Origin: Eledone cirrhosa
Lineage: Eukaryota
Reading direction: 5' to 3'
DNA: 64,000 nt
Assembly: GCA_964016885.1 (NCBI GenBank)
Contig: OZ024744.1
Coordinates: 111,290,001-111,354,000 of the forward strand
A program made the translations under genes and the position numbers. Positions 62,476-64,000 of the stretch are shown one piece after another (position 1 is the stretch's first letter; each line of letters opens with the position of its first letter). The notes below the pieces were generated by a model. That model saw only the letters and a list, made by a program, of their open reading frames with translations, was not told where the DNA came from and did not search any database.

Positions 62476-63420
62476 GATATTAAACAAATGGAAACTATAT
62501 TTATAAAACCATATTTATTTCATTATACATATTTCAGGGATACCATATTAGAAATATGGCATGCCTTCTTCAGACAAAATACAATATATAAGCAGTTTTA
62601 TAAATAAATTTGACGTACCATGAATATTGTTCAACTTCCATTTAAAAAAGTTGGTTTGGTAGTGAAATGTTTGTAAATATTTAGTGTTAAGCACAGTTAA
62701 AAAAAAAAGAAAGACGGAGAGAAGGAATAAATGTATGTAAAGAAAAACAGAGAGAGATAGAAAGAGAGAGATATGGGAGAGAGAAATAGTGAGGGGGTGA
62801 AAAATGAGAGGCAGCTGAGGCAACAGATGAATAACAATAATAATAATAATAATTCATCATACAAATTGAGAGAATAAGGAGGGAGGAAGTACTGTAATTA
62901 TTTATTTATTCATTTATTTAGTTATAGTGTTAAGGAGAGGGAGAGAAATAAAAAATAAATAAAGAGAAAACAGCGATACTTCAATTTTCTTTATAGAGGG
63001 AGGAGAAGAAAGAGTTATATCAAGAGAGAAGGATGACAGATTTATAACTTTACGTTATGTCCTATCAGTTTGAATTATCAATTCATATGAATTGGGTATT
63101 ATAATGTAAATATCAATATTCATGAATGAGACATAGATATATAATGTGTGAAAAATAATGACCATATGTTTAGTTTAAAAATTCTTAGGTCGATATATCA
63201 AAACCTGAGATAAAACTTCAAAAATACATAAGTATATATGTACTTTCCGGAAAAAAAGAAAGAAAGAGAAAAAGAAAAAGAGAAGGTCATCTCAAGTTCT
63301 AGTTGACACTATAGATATACACGTGAACTTACGTGATCAGCTCTGTAATTTCTTATTTCACATGAAAAAATGTTCCCTTGCGTTATAAAAGATTTTACTA
63401 TATATATATATATACATACA
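62473..63420 (-). mobile_element. Family PA Penelope 3' region with H8 hammerhead (62516-62581)
   Basis: Diverged match to 45803-46930. Confidence 0.75.
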
Positions 63421-63449
63421 TACACATACATAAAAATATATATTAATAT

Positions 63450-64000
63450 ATATGCAAAAGTTTTATTTAAGATTGTTGGGTTACAACGAGTAAATATTTT
63501 ATAACTGATATAAAAGCACTCAACAGTTTCTGGAGTAGGTTTACGATATTAAACAAATGGAAACTATATTTATATTTATAAAACCATATTTATTTCGTTA
63601 TATATATTTCTGGGATATCATATTAAAAATATGTTATGCCTTCCTCAGACAAAATACAATACATAAGCTGTTTTATAAATAATTAGTGACATACCTTGTG
63701 ATAATGCAACTTCCTTTTAAAAAGTTGATTTAAAAATCAACTTTTTAAAAGGAAGTTGCATTATCACAAGGTATGTCACTAATTATTTATAAAACAGCTT
63801 ATGTATTGTATTTTGTCTGAGGAAGGCATAACATATTTTTAATATGATATCCCAGAAATATATATAACGAAATAAATATGGTTTTATAAATATAAATATA
63901 GTTTCCATTTGTTTAATATCGTATTAATATATATTAATATTAATATTCCTGCACTCACATACATGATTAACCCAACAATTTTTAAATAAAACTTTTGCAT
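63450..64000. repeat. Family PA terminus folded back: perfect palindrome 63542-63923 (190-bp arms, 2-nt spacer) with H8 hammerheads (63591-63656 minus, 63809-63874 plus) and an outer ~30-bp arm
   Basis: Centre GTTGATTT-AA-AAATCAAC. The outer arm ATGCAAAAGTTTTATTTAA...TTGTTGGGTT mirrors the window end. Confidence 0.9.

Overview
This is AT-rich eukaryotic (metazoan) repetitive DNA with no recognisable host gene. The SINE/LINE mix resembles octopod genomes, which is an inference from recollection and was not searched. Nearly all non-microsatellite sequence is retroelement-derived. (i) A minus-strand head-to-tail array of five R4/Dong-type LINEs joined by (TAA)n (6.4-16.2 kb), one with an intact 1130-aa RT/restriction-like-endonuclease ORF. 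(ii) A plus-strand head-to-tail array of three Tx1/L1-type LINEs with (ATT)n junctions (17.4-28.6 kb), one with an intact 1133-aa APE-RT ORF2. (iii) Many Penelope-like (GIY-YIG) fragments, several with inverted terminal copies. (iv) RTE and CRE-like fragments and tRNA-derived SINEs. Reading both strands by eye shows about 18 type I hammerhead ribozyme motifs from about 8 sequence families. The most interesting are a 432-nt non-coding hammerhead-plus-octamer unit with evidence of head-to-tail repetition (retrozyme-like) and a pair of different hammerheads that would excise a ~439-nt RNA. The many Tyr/Ile-repeat ORFs are (TA)n artefacts. All calls are by eye and element boundaries are approximate.
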